A stretch of 64,000 nt of DNA. Source: a virus. Below the pieces are notes generated by a model that was given only the letters and a program-made list of their open reading frames with translations, was not told the DNA's origin and ran no database searches. The DNA is taken from positions 32,001-96,000 of IMG/VR virus record IMGVR_UViG_3300046171_000193; one strand, written 5' to 3'. A program made the translations under genes and the position numbers. Below, in pieces: positions 17,629-27,217 of this stretch (positions are counted from its first letter, which is position 1; each line of letters starts with the position of its first letter).

Positions 17629-18212
17629 TAAATCATACTCCTAGAATCTTTGTATACTTTAGATCTACCAGCTTTCTGAAAATCAGCGGTTGGTAAAAAC
17701 GTTGCGATCTCCCACTCAGGTGGAGGTACATATGCAAATCTACTTCGTACGTTAGAATTTAAATAGTGTTTGTAACACGGCTTAAAATGTTTTAACGAAG
17801 ATGTTTGTTTTAGAGTATTATATGTCACTTGAAATTTTGTTGTTTCATCAAACTTTTTATTGCTTGCAATATCCATTAGTGCATCAAGTAATTTTGCACG
17901 AAGTGTTGCAGGAAGATAATGTAGATTTAAACCGTAAAATCCACCTGGCGCAGGACCTACAACAACTGTTAATGGAAAGCTATCATAGTACGGTAGCTTT
18001 TCTTTTGTCTTAGGATCGTAGAAATACATGTACATGTTTCCTGCAATACCACGGCTTTTTAATTCAACCGGTTCTTCTTTCATCAGCGCATTACGATTTA
18101 CTCTGCCCATAGCCTGAGCCTTCTGGCGAAACCAGTTCATTGACTCTTTACTACGTGGCGTGATACCTGCTCGAAATGCTTCGAACTCTAGCTTTTGAAA
18201 TATATTACTCAT
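17628..18212 (-). CDS. 2: DNA end protector gp2
   Basis: YFYDPKTKEKLPYYDSFPL, GFYGLNLHYLP. Confidence 0.93.
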   Translation of the reverse strand: MSNIFQKLEFEAFRAGITPRSKESMNWFRQKAQAMGRVNRNALMKEEPVELKSRGIAGNMYMYFYDPKTKEKLPYYDSFPLTVVVGPAPGGFYGLNLHYLPATLRAKLLDALMDIASNKKFDETTKFQVTYNTLKQTSSLKHFKPCYKHYLNSNVRSRFAYVPPPEWEIATFLPTADFQKAGRSKVYKDSRSMI

Positions 18213-18217
18213 AGCAC

Positions 18218-18225
18218 TATTTATA
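18218..18225 (-). promoter_or_regulatory. Late promoter for gp2 operon
   Basis: TATAAATA on - strand. Confidence 0.75.
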
Positions 18226-18227
18226 TA

Positions 18228-18710
18228 CTATTTTTTCTTTTTTCTCACGGGCCCGAGAGGTTTTAGCGGCTTAATATATTTTGGCATGATCTTCATTTCC
18301 TGCAAAGTCTTTTCAGTCCATATCTGAAACTGCCAGCCACGATCCACAGAATACTTTTGTGCAGCTTCCCACTTATTCATATTCTTTACATAAGTAAAAG
18401 CTTCGTTAATATATTTCTTTGTACGCTTCTGTCCCTTTGGAGGTCTAGTCTCTTTATCAGGTTTAATCTCAACCAATAGAGTTTGATTCTCCATTACAAT
18501 TTTAAGGTCTGGAAAGTACCTATGATACCGCTTATCACCATCGTAATAGTATGGAACCACGACCTCTTCACTCGACCAAGACTTTACTTTTGGATTTTCA
18601 TCACACCATTTAAAGCAATGTCTTTCCCACATTGATCTAAATATAACACCGGTATGATCTCCAGCGTACTTCTTTGGGTTTTTAACTTTGTATTTTCCTG
18701 AATAAGCCAT
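18228..18710 (-). CDS. 4: Head completion nuclease gp4
   Basis: YSGKYKVKNPKKY, RSMWER, WSSEE, HRYFPD, EIKP, NMNKWEAA. Confidence 0.95.
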   Translation of the reverse strand: MAYSGKYKVKNPKKYAGDHTGVIFRSMWERHCFKWCDENPKVKSWSSEEVVVPYYYDGDKRYHRYFPDLKIVMENQTLLVEIKPDKETRPPKGQKRTKKYINEAFTYVKNMNKWEAAQKYSVDRGWQFQIWTEKTLQEMKIMPKYIKPLKPLGPVRKKKK

Positions 18711-18717
18711 ATAAATA
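18710..18717 (+). promoter_or_regulatory. Late promoter for baseplate operon
   Basis: TATAAATA; opposing AATAAATA variant at 18734-18741. Confidence 0.75.
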
Positions 18718-18750
18718 GTTCTAACTTTCTTTGTATTTATTGGAAAAAAT

Positions 18751-20001
18751 ATGTCACTATCACAGCCAAAATATAAATATCCGATCGAAGATCAAAACGA
18801 TTATAAGGCCAGGGTATATTTTACAACTATTATCGAAGAACCTCCCACAATAGATCCATCAGCATTCGAGAATGAAGGTAATGATATTGGTTTAATTAGC
18901 GCAGCACAATTTTTAGGTAATGCTGTCACTGCAGGTATCCGTGCAGGTAAGAGTACTAAAGGTGAAACAGTTAAACTTTATTTGCCTCCTGCTATTCAGG
19001 TACAAGATGGTGTAAATTTTGAAGGAGCCGAATTAGGTGTGCGTGGTGGTGCTGCTCTTTCAGCTGCACAAGGCGGAGATGAAACGACTTTGGCCGAGAT
19101 TGCATCAAATACTTTAGGCTTAGGTACAGTTGATAAATTGATGACTGCAATCAAAGATCCAGAAGTTGCTAGGGCAGTAATATCAGGTGTTGCGGGCGTG
19201 AGTGGTAGAGGTCAAAACGTTGTTAATTCAGCAACACAAACCACATTAAATCCTAATATACGAGCTGTCTTTAAATCGGTTAATTTAAGAGAACATAGTT
19301 TTGCATTTAAATTTATACCACGATCTCAAGAAGAAGCTCAAGAGGTAAGAGCAATTATTGATTGGTTTAGAATGGAGCTTTATCCAGAACCAACTGCAGA
19401 TATTGGTGGTCTAAAAGTAGCATATAAGTTTCCAAACAAATTCTTAATTCGTATGAGATATGGTGCAAATACTCCTATCGTAACACAATACATACGGTCT
19501 CATTTAATTAATATGACAACTAACTATAACCCTTCTAATATGTCTTTTTATTATGATGGAGAATTTCAAGAGATCGATCTTACATTAAACTTTAGAGAAT
19601 ATAGAACATTAAGTAAGGAAGACATTCGAGCAGGATACGACGATCTTGATGATCCAGATAAAGTTATAGCTCAAAACTATGACTTTACTAATTTTCCAAC
19701 ATATGCTCCTCCTGGTTCGTCGCCATCTCCAGCATCTTCTGCTTCGCAAGGCTATCCACAGTATACAGCGCCTGCAACACGGGACTTTATTAATAGTTAT
19801 TCAAAGGGTGCACCGGCCTGGAATCAAGCTCAATACGAAGAAGCATCGGGCATTCGTAATGCTACTTGGGGAACTACAAATCCACCAGCATTTGCAGGTG
19901 AACCTGGAGGACCACCTTTAGGAGACCCACTTAATAGAGGTTATAGTCCTTATTATGGTGGACCTTACAATAACTACGATAAGAAAACAGGACCGTTCTA
20001 A
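18751..20001 (+). CDS. 48: Baseplate tail-tube cap gp48 with low-complexity C-terminal extension
   Basis: LYLPP, NPNIRAVFKSVNLREHSFAFKFIPRSQEEA, LTLNFRE. Confidence 0.88.
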   Translation: MSLSQPKYKYPIEDQNDYKARVYFTTIIEEPPTIDPSAFENEGNDIGLISAAQFLGNAVTAGIRAGKSTKGETVKLYLPPAIQVQDGVNFEGAELGVRGGAALSAAQGGDETTLAEIASNTLGLGTVDKLMTAIKDPEVARAVISGVAGVSGRGQNVVNSATQTTLNPNIRAVFKSVNLREHSFAFKFIPRSQEEAQEVRAIIDWFRMELYPEPTADIGGLKVAYKFPNKFLIRMRYGANTPIVTQYIRSHLINMTTNYNPSNMSFYYDGEFQEIDLTLNFREYRTLSKEDIRAGYDDLDDPDKVIAQNYDFTNFPTYAPPGSSPSPASSASQGYPQYTAPATRDFINSYSKGAPAWNQAQYEEASGIRNATWGTTNPPAFAGEPGGPPLGDPLNRGYSPYYGGPYNNYDKKTGPF

Positions 20002-20729
20002 TGAGTAATTATTTCAGAAATTTTCCGGTTCAAGCTTATTCATTTGGCTCTAGCTTACCTGCTGTTGCTTTTCAAAATTTAACTGCATACGTTGATGTAA
20101 TCGACCACATAAAAGATAATTCTTCTTTTTATGGTTATTACTACATTCAAGAAGGCGATAGAGCAGATCAAGTATCTCAGTACATGTATGGTGATATGAA
20201 ATACTATTGGACGTTCTACTTGTTAAATGATCATATTCGTGAACAAGGTTGGCCTTTATCTTATCCAGAACTTATAAAGATGATTCAAAAACTGCATCCA
20301 AATACTGTTCTAGAAACAAAAGATGTTTTAACTGGAATATTTAAAGTAGGTCAAACTGTACAAGGATCGTCGTCAGGTGCAACTGGAACAATCGCACACA
20401 GAAATCTTGATCTTGGTCAAATCGTGATTGAAGGTACGCATTCTTTTAATTCAACAGAAACTATTACATCTCAAGTTGGTGATGTTGTACAGTCAGTACA
20501 GTTAATTAGTGCAGTTGACGAACCTAACTCTACAAGATATTATATTGACGGCGACTCAAAACATTGGGATATAAATCCATATGATGATAGACCTGCTCTA
20601 TACACGCCTGTTACTCATTACGAATATTATGCTCAACAAAATGATGGATTAAAAAGAATAAAAATGTTTAAACCCAGTCAGGTAGAAAACATTGCAAGAG
20701 AGTTTCAGGAAATAATCAGAAATGTCTAG
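20001..20729 (+). CDS. 53: Baseplate wedge gp53
   Basis: YFRNFP, YIQEGDRADQVS..YG..YYWTFYLLN..WP. Confidence 0.9.
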   Translation: MSNYFRNFPVQAYSFGSSLPAVAFQNLTAYVDVIDHIKDNSSFYGYYYIQEGDRADQVSQYMYGDMKYYWTFYLLNDHIREQGWPLSYPELIKMIQKLHPNTVLETKDVLTGIFKVGQTVQGSSSGATGTIAHRNLDLGQIVIEGTHSFNSTETITSQVGDVVQSVQLISAVDEPNSTRYYIDGDSKHWDINPYDDRPALYTPVTHYEYYAQQNDGLKRIKMFKPSQVENIAREFQEIIRNV

Positions 20730-22170
20730 CTATACTCCTAAGGATCCTAGGGAATATAAGTTATATTCTATATTCTTATTAAATCCGAGAACTACTCATC
20801 AGGTTAATATTACCCAGGGATTAATAAGCTTTAATATATTTGAGCATTTAGATAAGCCTTATCTGACTGGTGTTCTTACCTTTGCAGATACAAGTCGAAT
20901 ATTAGAGATGACAGACTTTAAAGGCACTGAACGTATTATTATAAAAATGGGTTTACACCAAAGTGACAAAATATTAGAAAAACAGTTTATTGTTAGAAAT
21001 GTAAAAGAAGCGATTCCGTCAACAGATACTGATAATGTTATTACTATTAATCTTATTGAGTATGATGGATTTGTTGGTACCTTACGAATATTAAATAAAG
21101 CATATGATGGTAAGCCTGGTGTTATTATTAATGATATGCTTAGAGACGTATATGGAAATAAGAAAATTGCTGTTCGAGGTGAAGGCGCAGAAATACTACA
21201 AGAAGAAAACTGGAATGTTGCAAATGATGTTCCAACAGAAGTATTAAGCGCAATAACAGAAGCAAACTCTAACGAACTACAAGCTGCGATTCGATATATA
21301 GCTCCGAATGTAAATATATTTGAAGCAATAGAATTTATTACAGCAAGAGTAACAGGCCTAACTGGTACACCATTTTATTGTTATGCATGTTTAGCCGATG
21401 AGAATTTGAGATTTTATGATTTATTTAATTTGATCCGTCGTCCAAGTGTAAATTATCAAACACCATTTTTATATTCTGGTAATATTACACAGAACGCTAA
21501 TATCAATACTGATGTCACACGATTAGCTTCAGAATTAACAATGTCAGAAAATGACAATACGCTTGAGATGATTTTAGCCGGTAATTTAGGATCTACATAT
21601 GAATTTGTAGATCCGACTCATGGATTAGAATACACTTTTAATTTTGATTTAGATGAGGTTTTTAAAAATATATTAGGACCAACATCACATCCAGTAGCAG
21701 ACACGCGTGCATATTTTGGTGACAGACCATTAAGTAAATATCAAAGCAAAAGAATTAATTTAATGGCTCCATCATTATTATACTATGATCAAAAGAATCC
21801 TTACGAAGAATATAACACTGCAGCACATACCTCTAAAGCAGTACAAAAGGTAGTAAGAGGATTATTAGGTCAAGAGGCAATTACGATAACTGTACCGGGT
21901 GTACACACTATGCCTCAAGGAAATAACGGTAATAAAACAATCGGTCGTGTTATTACATTTGTATCACTAGGTGATATGCAACAGCACGATCAACCTTTAG
22001 ATAGACGAAGATCAGGTGACTATTTGGTATATGCGGCATGCCATTCTTTTACTAATGATGCTTACAACTGTAAAATGGATTTAGTGAAGCTATCGAATTA
22101 TGAAGGCAATACAAAAGTATACGATGAACCGCCAGCTATGAGCGAAAATGCAGGAGCTGGCCCACAATGA
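20722..22170 (+). CDS. Baseplate hub protein (gp27-like)
   Basis: Position between gp53 and gp5; IFEHLDKPYLTG and SGDYLVYAACHSF motifs. Confidence 0.6.
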   Translation: MSSYTPKDPREYKLYSIFLLNPRTTHQVNITQGLISFNIFEHLDKPYLTGVLTFADTSRILEMTDFKGTERIIIKMGLHQSDKILEKQFIVRNVKEAIPSTDTDNVITINLIEYDGFVGTLRILNKAYDGKPGVIINDMLRDVYGNKKIAVRGEGAEILQEENWNVANDVPTEVLSAITEANSNELQAAIRYIAPNVNIFEAIEFITARVTGLTGTPFYCYACLADENLRFYDLFNLIRRPSVNYQTPFLYSGNITQNANINTDVTRLASELTMSENDNTLEMILAGNLGSTYEFVDPTHGLEYTFNFDLDEVFKNILGPTSHPVADTRAYFGDRPLSKYQSKRINLMAPSLLYYDQKNPYEEYNTAAHTSKAVQKVVRGLLGQEAITITVPGVHTMPQGNNGNKTIGRVITFVSLGDMQQHDQPLDRRRSGDYLVYAACHSFTNDAYNCKMDLVKLSNYEGNTKVYDEPPAMSENAGAGPQ

Positions 22171-23063
22171 TGGAATTTTACGGAGATAATGTTAGATGGT
22201 GGATTGGCATTGTTGTTAATGTATTAGATCCTTTACAACTTGGTCGTGCACAAGTGAGAATCTTTGGTATACATTCTAGGGACAATCAGCAAATTCCTAC
22301 CGGAGCATTACCATGGGCCACTGTATTGACGCCTAATGTAGGCGGTGTATCTGGCATAGGGTTTACACCACAATTACTTCCTGGTGCACAAGTATTTGGA
22401 ATATTTTTAGATGGTAAATCATCGCAAGCTCCTTGTGTGATTGGAGCCATGCCACGTATTGAAATACCATCAGAACAACAACTTGCTTCTGAGCAGTGGA
22501 AAGCCGGTGCACAAGGGCAAGAGTCAATGGCGGATCCTGGTAATAGAACAGATGGTGGTGTAGATTATCAGCCATTACCGGTATTAGGATCTAATCAAGA
22601 TAGAATTACACAAGCCTATGATTATTTTAGAAATCAAGGCTACACAAAAGAACAGGCAGCTGGAATTGTTGGCAATCTTATGGTAGAATCACGATTCAAC
22701 GGTCAAGAATTAAACATTAACGCGGTTAATTATAATGATCAAGGACAAGGACAGCACTCTCGTGGCCTTGCACAATGGGGTCCAGGTCGCAGAACTATTT
22801 TTGAACAGTGGTCTGGTAAGGGATGGAATACTGCAACATTTGAAGATCAATTGGGGTTTGTTGTACATGAGTTAAATAACGCTGATAATTATAATGGAGC
22901 GTTAAATGTAAAAGCAAATACGAATCTAAAATCTGCTAAAACCATAGATCAAGCTGCTACTATATTTGATCAACAATATGAAAGAAGTTCAGGAGAGCAT
23001 ACCGATAAGCGAATACGAGAAGGGTATCGAGTACTGCAACTGGCTGAAGGAACTGCAATTTAA
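22167..23063 (+). CDS. 5: gp5 N-terminal OB domain fused to phage tail lysozyme (Phage_lysozyme2-like)
   Basis: WWIGIV..DPLQLGRAQVRIFGIH..LPWA; AAGIVGNLMVES, GLAQW, YERS. Confidence 0.88.
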   Translation: MMEFYGDNVRWWIGIVVNVLDPLQLGRAQVRIFGIHSRDNQQIPTGALPWATVLTPNVGGVSGIGFTPQLLPGAQVFGIFLDGKSSQAPCVIGAMPRIEIPSEQQLASEQWKAGAQGQESMADPGNRTDGGVDYQPLPVLGSNQDRITQAYDYFRNQGYTKEQAAGIVGNLMVESRFNGQELNINAVNYNDQGQGQHSRGLAQWGPGRRTIFEQWSGKGWNTATFEDQLGFVVHELNNADNYNGALNVKANTNLKSAKTIDQAATIFDQQYERSSGEHTDKRIREGYRVLQLAEGTAI

Positions 23064-24616
23064 TGGTAACATTTACAAAAACAAATAGCTATCTTTCTAC
23101 ATTAAATCAAAGGTTGTCGTCAGACGAGTTTGTACGTAACAGACCTGCTATTGCAGGTGAGTATGATGCATATAACTCATCACCTCTTGGTCAGTCTGCA
23201 GGCCAAATATTAAATGGATTTTTAGGTCTCAACGCATTGGTTGATTATCCAGGCCAGGGTGGAAATGCACTTTTTGGAATTGGAATGGCAAAACTTACTG
23301 AGACTGTTGCCGGGTTTGCAGCAGATTTAGTAGAAGAAATTGATGGTGCATTTGATGGAGTTGCTTCGGGGAACGCTAATTTTACTGATGTGCTGACTGT
23401 TTTAGGTACTCTTGGAGTTTTAACTGGAGAAAATACGGTCGCAAAAGGGTTTCTTTTAAGTTATTATGGAGCAAGCTCAGCAAATGGTATGCAAGGTTTA
23501 TTAGGTACAGCAACAAATAAACCTTCAGCTCAAATTGTAAATGCGGTACGTGTGGCACAAGATACTAGTTTGCAATCGTTTATGACTCAGGCATTTACTC
23601 GTTCAATATCTCAGGTTCTTGGACCTATTATTACAGAGTTTAATAAAAAGGTAGATTTAACATTAGGTACTGCAATATCTCCTATTATGCAGGCCGTAGT
23701 TGATATTATCGATACTCCTATTGGATTAACAATAGATGCATTAACTGGCGGCAATTTATCAGCAGCAGCAAGAAGTGGGATTATAACTCTTTTAGCAAAT
23801 GGACAATATGCGCAAGCGATTGCAGTAGTAGCTGCAAATTCAAATCAACCAATCGGTGCAATTGAAAGTCAACTCTATGGAGTTGATACTCGGTTTACTA
23901 CACGGGTGACGTATTCTGCATCTGTAACACTTCCTAATTTTCAGATAGGTTCTAACGCTGTTGGATGGGAAGGACAATTTACTCCGTCGAATAGATATGG
24001 AGGATCTGGTGGTGGAGCTGGAAATGTTCCATATAAATTTACAACAGTAGGTGGAGCAGAAGAATTAGAAGCCGACTTTGCTTCAGCGACAAGAGATATA
24101 ACTGAGACAGTCGTGCACTGGACAGGAACTTATACAGATCAAGATATTGGTGTTGAAGAGATACATCAGTGGCATCAGGCACAAGGATGGTCAGGTATTG
24201 GTTATCACTATGTGATTAGACGTGACGGTTCTATTGAACGTGGTCGACCAATAAACTATGTAGGAGCACACGCCAAAACAAATGGCCATAACGAAAATAG
24301 TATTGGAGTGTCATTTGTCGGTGGTTACACTACGCCAAGTACAGGAGTTACAGGCGGAGGCGCCTCGACAGGTCCAGAATCATTTACTGCTGCACAACAC
24401 ACTAGTTTTAAAATGTTTATGAAAACCTTTTATGATGTATTCCCAGGCGGGCAAGCATTCGGGCATATGGATACTGATCCACTCAATAAGATAGATCCAG
24501 GATTTAGTGTGACTGATTATGTACTTACTAATTTTAATAAGAGCAATGTTACAGAACCAACAGCTTCACCTTTAACTGTAGCACAACTACAAGCTTATAC
24601 GGAACCAACAGCATGA
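23063..24616 (+). CDS. Helical virion protein with C-terminal N-acetylmuramoyl-L-alanine amidase (Amidase_2)
   Basis: VVHWT, GWSGIGYHYVIRRDGSIERGRP, GAH, SIGVSFVGG, GH..KIDPGF. Confidence 0.88.
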   Translation: MVTFTKTNSYLSTLNQRLSSDEFVRNRPAIAGEYDAYNSSPLGQSAGQILNGFLGLNALVDYPGQGGNALFGIGMAKLTETVAGFAADLVEEIDGAFDGVASGNANFTDVLTVLGTLGVLTGENTVAKGFLLSYYGASSANGMQGLLGTATNKPSAQIVNAVRVAQDTSLQSFMTQAFTRSISQVLGPIITEFNKKVDLTLGTAISPIMQAVVDIIDTPIGLTIDALTGGNLSAAARSGIITLLANGQYAQAIAVVAANSNQPIGAIESQLYGVDTRFTTRVTYSASVTLPNFQIGSNAVGWEGQFTPSNRYGGSGGGAGNVPYKFTTVGGAEELEADFASATRDITETVVHWTGTYTDQDIGVEEIHQWHQAQGWSGIGYHYVIRRDGSIERGRPINYVGAHAKTNGHNENSIGVSFVGGYTTPSTGVTGGGASTGPESFTAAQHTSFKMFMKTFYDVFPGGQAFGHMDTDPLNKIDPGFSVTDYVLTNFNKSNVTEPTASPLTVAQLQAYTEPTA

Positions 24617-26106
24617 CAACAGATAATGATGAATTACCAGACCGCGCTTTAATATTCGGCAAACAAATCTACACCCAAGGTGTATTTCCAGTAGGATTTC
24701 AGGATCCTAGTGGAACATTTCCAAAAGTTGAATACGCATATAAATCAACTGTGAACAGAGCCGCTAGAAACCAAAAGCGTAATGATATTCTCACAAACGG
24801 TGGTATACCGACGTTGCCACAAAATGCTACGCCAACGCAAAAAAAGCTTCCACTATATCCATACAACCAAGTATTTGAAACTGCTGGTGGTCACATCTTA
24901 GAATTAGATGACACGATGGGTAATGAAAGAATATTAATTCGCCATCAGACCGGTGCAGGTATTGAGATTTCGCCAGACGGTACAGTAAAGATTAGTTCGG
25001 GTGGTGATACACATATCATGACTGGAGCAGATCAACACGTAGTCGTTGAAGGTAATGCACATATGACATATCAAGGTGATCTCAACGTTGATGTAGCAGG
25101 AGATTATAATCTAACGTGTGGTAATTTTAATCAATTAATTAACGGTGATAAGATACAACAGGTTGATGGTGCAAAGAGAGTTACAGTTGAAAAGAACTTT
25201 GGTGAAACTGTCAAAGGTGAATACTCTACTACTATTACTAAATCAAAAGCCGAAATGGTTCTTGGTGGAAGTACACAAGCTGTTAAAGGCGATATGGAGA
25301 TTGCATGCGAAGGCAACCAAGGAATTTTTGCATCAGGAACTCAGCGTATTACTGCAGAAGTAGGACAACAACTTACATCAGATAATACAAATATTGTAGC
25401 TAATGATATATCGGTCTTTGGACATAAAGGAACGATCGGCGGAGAAGAGATGGTTATGTATGCTCATAATCTTCATGCAGGCCATACCCTTTGGGTTGGC
25501 GATGGTGAAGGCGGAGCTGGTACAATTAACGTTGATACAATAAGAGCATTACGGATTGATGTAACGGGTGATATAACAGCGACAAATAGTATGACTGCTC
25601 CAACATTTCATGGAGATTTAAATGGCACTGCAGCAACAGCGTTAAGCTCAAACGAAGCAGGCTTACACAGCGCTTCTTCTGGTGGATTTATTCCACACCC
25701 GGGTGCAAGCTTAGGATATACGACTAATATTCAAGATATTAATACCGAACCGCTTGCAGATGACTTAAAAGCTACGGCTTTGCCTACCGCAAGTGTGGCA
25801 AGTACATATACAAAAGGTAATTTTGGTATTCAGAAAGTCAAGATCGATCCGAATGATGCCATGCTAGAAGGATTAAACCGAGAGACTGCGACCGGTGGAG
25901 TTACTAAAAGAAAATTGACTGCCGAAGAAGTAAGATCAAAAATGAGAGAGAATCGAACTTTAAATAATACTGACTTCACTGCTACGCAGATTGCTGAAGG
26001 TAAATTAAGTGAAAAGTATTCATCGCCAAATCCAAGTAAGATAGGACGATCCGCAAGTAGTAGTCCTACTGTTGGAGAAAATTCTATTCCGTTTGATGGT
26101 AGCTAA
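24613..26106 (+). CDS. 5: gp5 C-terminal part (beta-helix spike)
   Basis: YPYNQVFETAGGHILELDDTMGNERILIRH followed by VxG beta-helix repeats. Confidence 0.85.
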   Translation: MTTDNDELPDRALIFGKQIYTQGVFPVGFQDPSGTFPKVEYAYKSTVNRAARNQKRNDILTNGGIPTLPQNATPTQKKLPLYPYNQVFETAGGHILELDDTMGNERILIRHQTGAGIEISPDGTVKISSGGDTHIMTGADQHVVVEGNAHMTYQGDLNVDVAGDYNLTCGNFNQLINGDKIQQVDGAKRVTVEKNFGETVKGEYSTTITKSKAEMVLGGSTQAVKGDMEIACEGNQGIFASGTQRITAEVGQQLTSDNTNIVANDISVFGHKGTIGGEEMVMYAHNLHAGHTLWVGDGEGGAGTINVDTIRALRIDVTGDITATNSMTAPTFHGDLNGTAATALSSNEAGLHSASSGGFIPHPGASLGYTTNIQDINTEPLADDLKATALPTASVASTYTKGNFGIQKVKIDPNDAMLEGLNRETATGGVTKRKLTAEEVRSKMRENRTLNNTDFTATQIAEGKLSEKYSSPNPSKIGRSASSSPTVGENSIPFDGS

Positions 26107-26108
26107 CT

Positions 26109-26738
26109 ATGAGAAACGATTATTTTACTCCTAACCCTGGCCAAAAACAAATTATACCGGATTCTTTATTTAATCCGAACAATGCAAGAGTCATAACTGC
26201 AGGTACTAAACTTGCAAAAGGTATAACGATTGGAAAGTTTTTAGGCGGAACTGGTGAAAAAACAAACTTAAATCATATTCAATCTCAATCAGAAAGATTA
26301 CAAATAGCTCGCAACTTATATCCTCAAGCCGTTGCTATGAACCGTATTAATACTTCTCTAGGTAAATTTGTAAACCATCGGCTTATCGTAATCGAGGGAC
26401 TATATACAAAAGGGGCTAATGAACAGCTTACAGAGAACGGTTTAAACGACTTAGCAACAAAAGGTCGGGCTGTTGTATATCAGCTGATTGATGAAACCGG
26501 TACGCCTGATCATGCAATGATGTTTGACTTAGCAGTGTATTGGAAAGATACAATACTTTATGATAAACTAATATTAGATTATGATAGGTTTTCTCCTGAT
26601 GGGCATTTAGAATGTCATGTGATTCTAACTATGCCACAAATACCACAAAATTTTAAAACAACATATAAAAAAGAATTATCAACGACGTTCAACGGTAATG
26701 TGCAAACAAACGGCGAACTTCTGGAAATTCTTGCGTGA
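26109..26738 (+). CDS. Baseplate-associated protein, possibly degenerate peptidase M15 fold
   Basis: Position between gp5 and gp25; EGLY..KGRAV..YDKLILDY..CHVIL pattern. Confidence 0.4.
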   Translation: MRNDYFTPNPGQKQIIPDSLFNPNNARVITAGTKLAKGITIGKFLGGTGEKTNLNHIQSQSERLQIARNLYPQAVAMNRINTSLGKFVNHRLIVIEGLYTKGANEQLTENGLNDLATKGRAVVYQLIDETGTPDHAMMFDLAVYWKDTILYDKLILDYDRFSPDGHLECHVILTMPQIPQNFKTTYKKELSTTFNGNVQTNGELLEILA

Positions 26739-26743
26739 TAACA

Positions 26744-26751
26744 TATAAATA
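26744..26751 (+). promoter_or_regulatory. Late promoter
   Basis: TATAAATA upstream of gp25. Confidence 0.75.
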
Positions 26752-26772
26752 GATTAAAATATTGGATCGACT

Positions 26773-27216
26773 ATGGCACTTAGAGCTTTTGCACTTGAAG
26801 ACGGTAATTTATCTACTGGAAGTTTAAACGCTTCCCGTGAAAGAAATTATTCTGATATCGATCTTACATTTAGTGCAAATCCTACGGGTGATGTATATAA
26901 GAAGACTGACGCAGCTGCGGTTAAGCAGTCTATTAAAAATCTTCTAATGACAGGATTTCACGAGAAACCATTTAACTCTGGTTTTGGCGGAGGTCTAGGC
27001 ACATTATTATTTGAGCCAATTAATGAAGACACAGAGCCTGAAATAGAGCTAGCAATTAAACTGGCTGTACAAACATATGAACCACGTGCAATTATTAGAA
27101 AAGTAAATGTAACAGTTGATGAGCAGCAAAATGGAATACACGTCACGACTCGCTTCGCCATTCGTAATACTGGTGAAGACGTGGTAGTAGAAACGAACTT
27201 ATCGAGGTTAAGATAA
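26773..27216 (+). CDS. 25: Baseplate wedge gp25
   Basis: YSDIDLTF, AVKQSIKNLLMT..EKPF..FG, YEPR. Confidence 0.93.
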   Translation: MALRAFALEDGNLSTGSLNASRERNYSDIDLTFSANPTGDVYKKTDAAAVKQSIKNLLMTGFHEKPFNSGFGGGLGTLLFEPINEDTEPEIELAIKLAVQTYEPRAIIRKVNVTVDEQQNGIHVTTRFAIRNTGEDVVVETNLSRLR

Positions 27217-27217
27217 T

